Below the pieces are notes generated by a model. The model worked only from the letters and a program-made list of their open reading frames with translations, made no database searches and was not told where the DNA came from. A stretch of DNA of 64,000 nt from an uncultured Gammaproteobacteria bacterium (GTDB lineage Bacteria; Pseudomonadota; Gammaproteobacteria; UBA9214): NCBI GenBank assembly GCA_963748215.1, contig CAVVHS010000005.1, positions 96,001 through 160,000 of the forward strand, read 5' to 3'. A program made the translations under genes and the position numbers. Every line of letters starts with the position of its first letter. Position 1 is the stretch's first letter. This document shows positions 42,157 to 53,237 of the stretch, one piece after another.

Positions 42157-42223
42157 CACCTCCTGATACAGGGTCAGATCCCGGTTTTCGCCAATAATCG
42201 GAATCCGGGATTCTGACCCCGGC

Positions 42224-42949
42224 TCATTTATAGGTGGCAACCACGTCGCGCCACAGTGACTCGAATTTGTCCACGAACAACTCGAACGATGCGCGCTCGG
42301 TGATCCGACGTTCATCCTCGATCGCGGCGCGGGTTGCCCACACCGCGGCATTCTGATCACGCCAGGAGGTCGCTTCCGCCCTGCCGTAGACAAAGCCGGA
42401 ACGCACATCGACCAGTTGTGCCGAGGTCTTCACGGTAACACGCGCGCTCCTGTTCGGCGGAAAGCCCGGCTTGATGATCGCCAGCGGGTCGTACCTGGCC
42501 TGGTCGACACTGAATCGGGTATCCAGCGTATACAGCAACAGCAGGTCGGCATTAAGCCCCTCGGCCACAGGGCGCAGCGCATCGACCGTGTTCAGCGATG
42601 GCGGGAGCCGGTCCGGGGGCAGGCTGTCCACCCCGGCGACCTGCGGCAACTGCTGCAGGCGCTGGATTTCCCGTTCGGCTTCGATATTGCGGACGGTCAT
42701 TACGCAGAAGCGGCCCGTGCCGTAACAGGCGGGATTGGTCGTGCCATAGCCCGCCGCCTGTACCCGCACCAGCGCAATCCGCGCAGGAAACGCCGCGCCC
42801 GGCTGGCGTTTCTCCGCCGCACCGCCCGCGCCGGAGGCCGTCAGATCGGACAAAATCGCACCGGCACCCGGCGTCTGGTAGGTGGCGCAGCCGGACAGGG
42901 ACAGGAACAGCAACAGCAGGGAAAGTCGATATAGCATGGCAGGATTCAC
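42224..42949 (-). CDS. Hypothetical lipoprotein
   Basis: LSGC lipobox; FPARIALVRVQ, LVDVRSGFVYG. Confidence 0.8.
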   Translation of the reverse strand: MNPAMLYRLSLLLLFLSLSGCATYQTPGAGAILSDLTASGAGGAAEKRQPGAAFPARIALVRVQAAGYGTTNPACYGTGRFCVMTVRNIEAEREIQRLQQLPQVAGVDSLPPDRLPPSLNTVDALRPVAEGLNADLLLLYTLDTRFSVDQARYDPLAIIKPGFPPNRSARVTVKTSAQLVDVRSGFVYGRAEATSWRDQNAAVWATRAAIEDERRITERASFELFVDKFESLWRDVVATYK

Positions 42950-43137
42950 AATGTTGGAAAGGGAGCCAGAGTATAGATCGCAATGATGGAGGAATAAAAA
43001 CGGGAATCAAGGAATCAACAGGGTCAGATTCACTGCTGCCCCACATAGTCACCAGGAAAGTTTATTGAATGCGGCTATTCCAGTGATGGGATGGTGTTGA
43101 GCGGTACGTGGACATGAAATTCCGGAACAACAATGAT

Positions 43138-43224
43138 GTCATACCCGCGAAGGCGGGCATCCAGTAAGTCACTGATTAGCCGGGACACAAATAATCCTGG
43201 ATTCCCGCCTTCGCGGGAATGACG
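43138..43224. repeat. CGTC-type palindromic repeat
   Basis: GTCATACCCGCGAAGGCGGGCATCCAG...CTGGATTCCCGCCTTCGCGGGAATGAC. Confidence 0.8.
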
Positions 43225-43348
43225 GCTATGTGGAACAGCAGTGGGTCAGACTCGATTATTTCGATCCAATATTGACACAGCAGTGGCGCCAGCCCTTACT
43301 ATTGAGCGGGCTCACCTGCCCTATTCACAAACGGATCAAGGTACCCCC

Positions 43349-44254
43349 ATGCAACTTGACTCACTCAACGTACGTTTTGCAATCAACAATCACCTGGAGT
43401 TCGTTGCCGGCCAGGGCGGATTGACCAATGCCGTCATCAGCAATGACCTGGCCAGCGCAAGGGTTTCGCTGTATGCGGGACAGGTGTTGTCCTGGCAGCC
43501 GAAGGCAATGCAGCACGATGTGCTGTTTCTGAGTGACCGGGCGTATTACCAGGCCGGCAAGGCCATCAAGGGTGGCGTGCCGGTCTGCTGGCCATGGTTC
43601 GGCCCGGACCCACAGGGAAAGGGCCGGCCAGCGCACGGCTTTGCGCGCATCTCGGTGTGGGAGGTTCTGAACACGGCGGCGCTGGACAATGGCGCCACGC
43701 AACTGGTACTCGGCCTGACGCTGAATGACCAGACGCGTTCCCTGTGGGAGGGGGATATCGAGGCGCAGCTCGCGATCACGGTGGGCGACACGCTCAGGCT
43801 GGCACTGACCACACACAATCGCGGCAATGAGCCCATCGAGCTGAGCCAGGCACTGCACACCTATTTCGCGGTGGGCGATATCGCCAAAACCATGGTGAGC
43901 GGTCTGGAAGACAGGACCTATATCGACAAGGTCGACAACAGCAAGCAAAAAGTCCAGCTGGGTGCGGTGATGGTCAGCGGGGAAGTCGACCGGATCTACA
44001 CCGGTGTGGACCGCGAGTTACAGATTCACGACGCCGCATACAAGCGGGTGATACACATCAAGGCCGGGGGCAGCGCAAGTGCGGTCGTGTGGAATCCGTG
44101 GCAGGCCATCGCCGCCAGCATGGCTGACCTGGGCGATGAGGATTACCGCCACATGCTGTGCGTGGAGACTACCAATGCCGGACCAGACGTGGTAAATCTG
44201 GCAGCTGGCGCAAAGCATACGCTTAGTGCTGAATATGCAGCCACCGACATATAG
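43349..44254 (+). CDS. D-hexose-6-phosphate mutarotase (YeaD-like)
   Basis: GGVPVCWPWFG, HGFAR, ALHTYF, EVDRIY, VVWNPW, MLCVE. Confidence 0.92.
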   Translation: MQLDSLNVRFAINNHLEFVAGQGGLTNAVISNDLASARVSLYAGQVLSWQPKAMQHDVLFLSDRAYYQAGKAIKGGVPVCWPWFGPDPQGKGRPAHGFARISVWEVLNTAALDNGATQLVLGLTLNDQTRSLWEGDIEAQLAITVGDTLRLALTTHNRGNEPIELSQALHTYFAVGDIAKTMVSGLEDRTYIDKVDNSKQKVQLGAVMVSGEVDRIYTGVDRELQIHDAAYKRVIHIKAGGSASAVVWNPWQAIAASMADLGDEDYRHMLCVETTNAGPDVVNLAAGAKHTLSAEYAATDI

Positions 44255-44342
44255 CGGGGAAGCAAAACGCATCAGGGGTCGGTGATCAACCCTGATCAGG
44301 ATGTCGGGCCACCTGCGATGAAAAGTCATTACTGAATCAGCC

Positions 44343-44627
44343 ATGCAAAAAACAGACAACATGCCAATCTGGGTCTATCTCGCCTTCTCGAGCATCTCGA
44401 CGAGGAAGGGAGCGTTATTGCTGATCCTGGCCTGCGCGGTGTTTACCCTGTACTGCATCCCCTGGCCCCTGTTTTTCGCGCGCCCGGCCTGGCTTGTAAA
44501 CCTGTTTCTGATCGAGGACTGGAGCTGGTTTGCAATGATGGTTCCGATCACCTTGTGGTACTGGATAAGCTTAAGATGGATCGACAAAAACCATGCTTGG
44601 GCCGACACCGGCAAGAATGACAACTAG
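44343..44627 (+). CDS. Hypothetical small membrane protein
   Basis: MPIWVYLAFSSI.TRKGA; two TMs, Trp-rich. Confidence 0.7.
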   Translation: MQKTDNMPIWVYLAFSSISTRKGALLLILACAVFTLYCIPWPLFFARPAWLVNLFLIEDWSWFAMMVPITLWYWISLRWIDKNHAWADTGKNDN

Positions 44628-44765
44628 CCCGAAGACGGGGGACGGAGGGCATGCACCCCCCCGCCCCCTATCGTTACTTCTATGGAGACTGTCCCCGTGT
44701 TGCGTGCTGCTGTTACCCGTTCTGGCGAGACAGCTTCCATTGCTGCATGGCGAAAATGACGCCGC

Positions 44766-45023
44766 CTAGATCCCGCCGATGAGCTGCGCGTTCAGCTGGT
44801 GCTGCTTGACGAGTTTCAGAATATGCGACGAGTTGGTCTGTGCCGGGTTGTAGCCGACGACCAGCAGGTGCTGACGTTCTTCGTTGAAGTGCGCGCGTTC
44901 GACACCTGCCGATTCTAACAGGGCGTGCTCGACCCGCCGCCTGTTCTGCTCATCCAGCTGTTCGTCTACGTGTACAACGATGTCAATCTTGGTTGTAATG
45001 ATGTTCGGTTGTGCGTTGTTCAT
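44766..45023 (-). CDS. HMA-fold-like small protein without CxxC
   Basis: DIVVHVDEQLD..HLLVVGYNP; GGAGAG RBS. Confidence 0.7.
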   Translation of the reverse strand: MNNAQPNIITTKIDIVVHVDEQLDEQNRRRVEHALLESAGVERAHFNEERQHLLVVGYNPAQTNSSHILKLVKQHQLNAQLIGGI

Positions 45024-45061
45024 CCGGCTCTCCTTGTTAGGTCAACAACGCCGTGAATATT

Positions 45062-45078
45062 TGCAAGTGCTATGCCAA
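45062..45078 (-). promoter_or_regulatory. Sigma-54 (-24/-12) promoter
   Basis: Minus strand TTGGCAT-AGCAC-TTGCA with exact GG-N10-GC spacing, about 40 bp upstream of the ATG at 45023. Confidence 0.7.
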
Positions 45079-45246
45079 CTTTAAATAGAGCCCGATAACA
45101 ATGGATTACCGCCGCTGGAAACAGCGGCGACTGCGACGGTTGTTACCGGCAGGCGACGCTTGCGACGGGTATATTGTTAACCTCAGGAATATACTATTGT
45201 TAAGCTGTCGCCCGATTACGACGAAATGTGCGCCGGAGAGACCAGT

Positions 45247-45729
45247 ATGACATTCGAAACCGACGTGGCCGCCACCGCGGAGCGCGAGCTGGTATTGACT
45301 CGCATCATCGCCGCGCCGCGGGCCAGGCTGTTCAGGGCATGGACGGAACCCGCTCTGCTGAAGCAGTGGTTTGCGCCGTTGCCCTGGACCACGCCGCATG
45401 CCGAGCTCGACGTCCGCCCCGGGGGCACCAGCCTGGTTGTCATGCGTGACCCCGACGGTAACGAAATACCGAACCGCGGGGTCTACCTGGAGGTTATCGA
45501 GAATGAGCGGATCGTGTTTACCGATGCCTACACGAAGGCCTGGGAACCCTCGGAAAAGCCGTTCATGACGGTGATCCTGACCTTCGGGGACGAGCACGGC
45601 AAAACCCGGTACACGGCCCGGGTCCGCCACTGGACAGTCGCCGATCGCGAGGCGCACGAGCAAATGGGCTTTCACCAGGGTTGGGGACTGTGCGCAGACC
45701 AGCTGGCGGCGCTCGTCGAAAAGCCGTGA
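45247..45729 (+). CDS. SRPBCC (AHSA1-like) family protein
   Basis: ELVLTRII.APR..LFRAWT.P, GVYLEV, MGFHQGWG.C.DQL. Confidence 0.9.
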   Translation: MTFETDVAATAERELVLTRIIAAPRARLFRAWTEPALLKQWFAPLPWTTPHAELDVRPGGTSLVVMRDPDGNEIPNRGVYLEVIENERIVFTDAYTKAWEPSEKPFMTVILTFGDEHGKTRYTARVRHWTVADREAHEQMGFHQGWGLCADQLAALVEKP

Positions 45730-45756
45730 TGGCCCGGCAGGCTATATACTGACGCC

Positions 45757-46350
45757 ATGACGAAACTGCTTGCCATCAACGGCTCCTATCGCGAAAACGG
45801 CGCCATCGACCAGGCGGTCGCAGCCGCCGTGCAGGCGGCGACGACGGCCGGTGCGACGGTCGAGGTCGTCACGCTGCGCGATTTTCCCATCGAGTTCTGT
45901 CTCAACTGCCGGCACTGCACCCAGCAACCGGGTGACGCGCCCGGCGAATGCGTGCACCAGGACCGCATGCACGAACTGGTGGCCAGCATCGAGGCGGCCG
46001 ACGGCTTCATCCTCGCCTCCCCCACCAACTTCTATGCGGTCACCGCCATCTTCAAGCGCTTCATGGAACGGCTGATTGTCTATGGCTGGTGGCCATGGGG
46101 CGCGCATGCGCCGAAATTCCGCAAATCAAAGCTCGACAAGAAGGCCATCCTGATCGCGTCCAGCGCCGCACCCGGCCCGATGGGACGGCTGTTCTACACG
46201 ACCCTCAAGCAACTGCGGCAGACGGCCAGGACCATCGGCGCGAAACCGGTCGGCTCGGCCTTCATCGGGCTGATGTCGCAGCAGGAACACCCCGTCCTGC
46301 CGGACAAGACCCGCCGTCAGGTGCAAAAACTGGTCGGCAGACTGCTCTAG
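45757..46350 (+). CDS. Flavodoxin-family / iron-sulfur flavoprotein (copy 1)
   Basis: INGSYR, CLNCRHC..C, ILASPT, FKRFMER. Confidence 0.88.
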   Translation: MTKLLAINGSYRENGAIDQAVAAAVQAATTAGATVEVVTLRDFPIEFCLNCRHCTQQPGDAPGECVHQDRMHELVASIEAADGFILASPTNFYAVTAIFKRFMERLIVYGWWPWGAHAPKFRKSKLDKKAILIASSAAPGPMGRLFYTTLKQLRQTARTIGAKPVGSAFIGLMSQQEHPVLPDKTRRQVQKLVGRLL

Positions 46351-46474
46351 CCCGCATTTCTCACCGGGCGGCTGTTGACGGACATAAACAATTGAAGTCA
46401 TGAAAGCGATGCCCATTCAGCAACAAACAGTGTGTCTTCGGGCGGCGCCTATCCCGGTGAGAAATACGGGCTAG
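46347..46474. mobile_element. MITE with 18-bp terminal IRs flanked by CTAG
   Basis: CTAG-CCCGCATTTCTCACCGGG ... CCCGGTGAGAAATACGGG-CTAG (1 mismatch). Confidence 0.75.
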
Positions 46475-46644
46475 TCGCCGTGCGGCACCTGCAGGTAATT
46501 CCGATGACATTGCAAGGTGCACGGCGCGCTGTGCACTTGCTTTGCATCCCGCGCCGCCTGTCGCTGTAGCAACCCGGCCTGGCAGGAGAGGTTTTCACGG
46601 AAATTGTTTGCCTCGATACCTTCCCGCAAGCCGGCGGATAAATG

Positions 46645-46998
46645 AGGGAAGCTCTGATTAATCCGTCATTCCGGGCGAAACCCGGACTTGATTCGGGGGG
46701 AGGCCCGGAATCCAGGTGTTACAATTCAGGCCGTTACTGGATTCCGGCCTCGGCTTTGGCTTCCTGCGTCGCTCTCGGCTCTGGCATGGCCCAGGCCAGT
46801 CTCTCGATCGCTGTGCGATCTCACCTTCTCCTGCTTCGCCCTGCCGAGTCCATCCATGGACTCGTACCTCCTCGGTAACTGCTCCATGCGTCGCCTGGAG
46901 GCGCCTACTTTTGGTACTTTACCTCCACATCCATGTAGTCATGCATCCCTGCAGTCGTGCGCCGGAATGACGAGCATTGATTTAATCAGAGCTTCCTT
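46645..46998. mobile_element. Composite MITE-like element (GGAAGCTCTGATTAA IRs) with nested repeats
   Basis: Terminal IRs; CGTCATTCCGG...CCGGAATGACG frame; contains the repeat shared with 14424-14475. Confidence 0.75.
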
Positions 46999-47034
46999 AG
47001 GGTATACTCGTATTGTTTTATCAATCCATTTACC

Positions 47035-47634
47035 ATGCTCCGACTGCTCGCAATCAACGGTTGTTACCGGGAAAACAGTGTCATCGAACAAGCCGTAGCG
47101 CTGGTCGTGCAGACGACCATGGCGGCCGGCGCGACGACCCAAATCGTCCGGTTACGCGACCTTCCTGTCAAGGACTGCCTCAACTGCCGGCAATGCACCG
47201 GACAGCCGGGGACCGTGCCTGACGAATGCGTAATCCGCAAGCACATGAACACGCTACTCGAGCAGATCGAGGCAGCGGATGGCTTTATCCTCGCTTCCCC
47301 CGCCAATTTATATACGGCCAACAACGTCTTCAGGCGCTTAATCGAGCAGCTGATGGAATATGCACTCATACACGGGGGGCCGCACGCGCCATCGTTCGCA
47401 GGACAGTCAAACAGGAGACCTGCCATCCTGATTTCGACCAGCGCCACGCCCGGCTGGATGGGGCGCGTGTACTACTCGACACACCAGCAACTCAAGAAGA
47501 CGGCCCGTGCCCTCGGCGCGGAATCCGCCGGCTCCGTCTACATCGATATGGCATGCCCGGAGAGAGACCCCGTCCTGCCGGACAAGGTCCGCCGGCAGCT
47601 GCAGGACCTGGCCGGGAAGCTGCTGCACGAGTAA
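47035..47634 (+). CDS. Flavodoxin-family / iron-sulfur flavoprotein (copy 2, diverged paralog)
   Basis: Colinear with 45757-46350: LLAING.YREN, CLNCR.CT, PVLPDK.RRQ. Confidence 0.82.
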   Translation: MLRLLAINGCYRENSVIEQAVALVVQTTMAAGATTQIVRLRDLPVKDCLNCRQCTGQPGTVPDECVIRKHMNTLLEQIEAADGFILASPANLYTANNVFRRLIEQLMEYALIHGGPHAPSFAGQSNRRPAILISTSATPGWMGRVYYSTHQQLKKTARALGAESAGSVYIDMACPERDPVLPDKVRRQLQDLAGKLLHE

Positions 47635-47967
47635 CCCGGACACGATCCCGGCAGCTTTGCGGACCGCGGCGCTTCGCAGGACGCATGCCCGGCATGCGGA
47701 ACCCGTCAGCGACCTCCGCCCCTCGAGACAAGCCAAGGCTATCCGGCAATCGCGTTATTCAGGGTGAATACGCGCCACGGAACGCAGGGTGAAAGTGAGT
47801 CCTTGAACCGGTCAGGAAGCTGGTTTTTCGCATTGCGCGGGAGCGCGCCTGACCGTGATAATGTCACTCACGCTAGAACCAGGCTGGAAGCCGCCTTGCA
47901 CCCTGGCGTGAGATATGGATTATTGATGCCGCTTGCGGGCTTACCGCATCCCGCGATGCGGCCATGA

Positions 47968-48954
47968 TCAGAGGCCGGACCCGGTCCCCGTTTTCGCCTG
48001 CGATTGTCGCTTTTGTTCGTACATCAGCGCGTCGGCCTCGATCAGCAGGTCACCAATATCGGCGTGGCGCGCCGCATCAAACCGTACTGCGCCAACACTG
48101 TAGGCTATATCGTAGCCTCGCCGGACCTCGTGATTGCAGCTATCGAAAGCTTGCCGCAGCCTGCGCAAGGCAATGTTCAATGTCTCATCACTGGCATTGG
48201 TCAACAGCACCGCAAACTCGTCCCCGCCAAGCCGTCCCAGCACGTCGGATTCGCGGAACGTCTCCTGTAGCAGCCGGGCGAATGTTACCAGCGCCTGATC
48301 GCCCTCGGCATGGCCAAAGCGGTCGTTGATTTGCTTGAACAGATCCAGGTCAAGAAACAGCAACGATGCGGGCCTGTCCATGCGTCGACACAAGCCAAGC
48401 GCATGTGACGCCAGTTTCTCAAACCCCCGCCGGTTGGAAAGCATCGTCAACTCGTCCATCGTCGCCAGCCGTGCCGCGGTCAGCTCCTGCTCGACCATGC
48501 ACGCCAGATCGCGCAATGTCGCCAGGTCGTCTGCACTGAACTCGCGCGGCTCATGATCGATAATGCAGAGCGTACCCAGCCTGCTGCCGTTTGACACGGA
48601 TATCGGGCAGCCGGCATAAAAGCGGATGCGCGGGTCACCGGCAACCAGCGGGTTGTCATGGAATCTCTCGTCATCGGCCGCGTCGGGAACCACGAACACC
48701 TCGTCTTCCAGAATGGCATGACCGCAGAATGAAATATCACGCGGGGTTTCCGCTGCATCCAGACCCTGGCAAGACTTGAACCACTGACGGTCTTCATCCA
48801 CCAGACTTACCAGGGCTATGGGTGCACCGAACAGGCGCTTCGCCAACCGGGTCAGTCGATCGAATCGTTCCTCGTGTACAGTGTCAAGAATGCCCAACGC
48901 ATGCAGTGTCTCGATGCGGGTTGCCTCGTCGGCCGGCTTTGGGGGTTTTTTCAT
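47968..48954 (-). CDS. GAF-GGDEF diguanylate cyclase
   Basis: EERFDRLTR, RQWFKS, FCGHAIL, RFYAG (GAF); RESD..RLGGDEF. Confidence 0.93.
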   Translation of the reverse strand: MKKPPKPADEATRIETLHALGILDTVHEERFDRLTRLAKRLFGAPIALVSLVDEDRQWFKSCQGLDAAETPRDISFCGHAILEDEVFVVPDAADDERFHDNPLVAGDPRIRFYAGCPISVSNGSRLGTLCIIDHEPREFSADDLATLRDLACMVEQELTAARLATMDELTMLSNRRGFEKLASHALGLCRRMDRPASLLFLDLDLFKQINDRFGHAEGDQALVTFARLLQETFRESDVLGRLGGDEFAVLLTNASDETLNIALRRLRQAFDSCNHEVRRGYDIAYSVGAVRFDAARHADIGDLLIEADALMYEQKRQSQAKTGTGSGL

Positions 48955-49485
48955 GTCTGGCCTCAGTCTTTGCTCAGCGACTGCACCCGCCAATCCTGTC
49001 ACGCATGGCTGCTCTCCCTCGCGGTGTCATGCGCCAGTCATCCATTTCCGGCGGGCCAGATACATTTACTCACGGACACTATCGACGGCGCCGGCAAATA
49101 ATTGAGGCGACACTGTATATCGACGAACCACCGTTGTCTGTACAGGCCGCCAGATCAACCGTGGAAACGGCAGCGCAAGACCGGTGCGCGCAGGATAAAC
49201 AGGAAAAATTCCGGCCAATCTGCATGTATTCAGGATACCAGCGCCTGTTTGGCGTTCGCCCGGCATAGCGCGTCAGCCATCGGGCCACATCACCAGGGGC
49301 GTCTTTGTTTGCGGCTTGAGTTCCGGGGGCCACACGGGTTGTGCGAGTTAGCCATTGGTGGCCACCACTCGCTCCAGCTTCCAGGACTTCCCGCACACCG
49401 CCCTCCTGTACTATGCTGCGCTGCCGGTGCGCCTCGCTCGACGGCATGGCACACAGGCCGGGTCATGCATAATCAGGATAACGTC

Positions 49486-50850
49486 ATGTCGACAACGAAT
49501 GAGGCAATGGATCAGGCACCGCCACCCGTCAATTTCCACACGGCACTGCTGTACTGGCTCAAGCTCGGCTTCATCAGTTTCGGCGGCCCCGCCGGCCAGA
49601 TTTCCATGATGCATACCGAACTGGTCGAGCGCCGGCGCTGGATCAGCGAACACCGCTTCCTGCATGCGCTGAACTACACCATGATGCTGCCGGGCCCCGA
49701 GGCACAGCAACTCGCGACCTACATCGGCTGGCTGATGCACGGCACCTGGGGTGGCATCATGGCCGGCGTACTGTTCGTGCTGCCGTCGCTGGTGATCCTG
49801 ATCGTGCTGACCTGGATCTACCTGGCCTTCGGCGATGTGCCGGTCGTGGCCGGCGTGCTCTACGGCATCAAGCCGGCGGTGACCGCCATCGTGGTATTCG
49901 CCGCCTGGCGCATCGGCTCGCGCGCCCTGCGCAACGGCGTGCTGTGGGCCATAGCCGCGGCCGCCTTCGTCGCCATCTTCGCCCTGCATGTGCCCTTCCC
50001 CTATATCGTGCTGGCGGCCGGCATCATCGGCATGCTCGGCGGACGCATCGCCCCCGAGTGGTTCCGCGCCGGCGGCGGCCACGGCGCCTCCGACAAGTCG
50101 TTCGGTCCCGCCCTCATCGATGACCATACCCCTGCGCCGCACTGGACCCGGTTCAGCTGGCGCTCAACGCTGATCCACCTGGTCATCGGACTGGGACTCT
50201 GGCTGCTCGTCGAGGGTCTGCTCTATTTCCTGTATGGCTGGCAGGGTCCGCTGACCCGAATGGGCTGGTTCTTCACCAAGGCGGCGCTGGTGACATTCGG
50301 CGGTGCCTATGCCGTGCTGCCCTATGTCTACCAGGGCGGTGTCGAGCAGTACGGATGGCTGAGCGGCACGCAGATGATCGACGGCCTGGCGCTGGGCGAG
50401 ACCACGCCGGGCCCGCTCATCATGGTGGTCGCCTTCGTCGGTTTCGTGGGTGGCTGGACCAAGGCGGTGTTCGGACCCGACAGCCTGCTGCTCGCCGGCA
50501 TGGCGGGCGCGACGGTCGCGACCTTCTTCACCTTCCTGCCTTCGTTCCTGTTCATCCTGGTCGGTGGTCCGGCCGTGGAGGCGACCCGCCATGATATCAA
50601 GTTCACCGCGCCGCTCACCGGCATCACCGCGGCCGTGGTCGGCGTGGTGCTCAACCTCGCCGTGTTCTTCGCCTGGCATGTGCTATGGCCCGAAGCCAGC
50701 ATGGACGCACCCTTCGCCGGGCACTTCGAGTGGTTCTCGCTGCTGATCACCGTCGCCGCCTTCCTTGCATTATGGCGCTACAAGGTCGGCATCATTCCGG
50801 TGATCGGCGCCTGCGCGGCCGTCGGCCTGGGCTACAGCCTGGTCAGCTGA
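49486..50850 (+). CDS. chrA: Chromate efflux transporter
   Basis: KLGFISFGGPAGQI, LPGPEAQQLA, FGGAYAVL, GETTPGP. Confidence 0.94.
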   Translation: MSTTNEAMDQAPPPVNFHTALLYWLKLGFISFGGPAGQISMMHTELVERRRWISEHRFLHALNYTMMLPGPEAQQLATYIGWLMHGTWGGIMAGVLFVLPSLVILIVLTWIYLAFGDVPVVAGVLYGIKPAVTAIVVFAAWRIGSRALRNGVLWAIAAAAFVAIFALHVPFPYIVLAAGIIGMLGGRIAPEWFRAGGGHGASDKSFGPALIDDHTPAPHWTRFSWRSTLIHLVIGLGLWLLVEGLLYFLYGWQGPLTRMGWFFTKAALVTFGGAYAVLPYVYQGGVEQYGWLSGTQMIDGLALGETTPGPLIMVVAFVGFVGGWTKAVFGPDSLLLAGMAGATVATFFTFLPSFLFILVGGPAVEATRHDIKFTAPLTGITAAVVGVVLNLAVFFAWHVLWPEASMDAPFAGHFEWFSLLITVAAFLALWRYKVGIIPVIGACAAVGLGYSLVS

Positions 50851-50856
50851 CAGGTT

Positions 50857-50951
50857 GCGGATGAGATGCGCACCTGCAGGGTCGGGTGGTGGTGTTTATC
50901 GCGGATGAGATCCGCTCCTGCGGACGATGCGGTTCGCGGGCTCACCGCATC

Positions 50952-50955
<4 letters not shown>
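50857..50955. repeat. Cluster of GTAG-type REP units
   Basis: ATCGCGGATGAGATCCGCTCCTGC (50898-50921), a degenerate copy at 50857 and GATGCGGT..ACCGCATCCTAC. Confidence 0.7.

Positions 50956-53236
<2,281 letters not shown>

Positions 53237-53237
<1 letters not shown>

Larger units (their letters stand above)
35998..44696. repeat. Array of GGGTCAGA...TCTGACCC dyad sites separating single genes
   Basis: Sites at 35998-36118, 36840-36886, 37201-37264, 37917-38035, 38525-38588, 39070-39118, 39476-39527, 39969-40020, 40798-40849, 41224-41275, 42171-42220, 43013-43042, 43243-43303; degenerate at ~44275 and 44637-44696. Confidence 0.8.

Noticed and set aside
35998-43303. Classical integron (attC array)
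   Set aside because: The sites lack RYYYAAC...GTTRRRY ends and no intI-like tyrosine recombinase is present in the window.
35998-43303. CRISPR array
   Set aside because: The repeats are divergent and separated by gene-sized intervals, not 30-40 bp spacers; no cas genes.
46642-47098. Small ORFs between the flavoprotein paralogs
   Set aside because: They are translations of the composite MITE.
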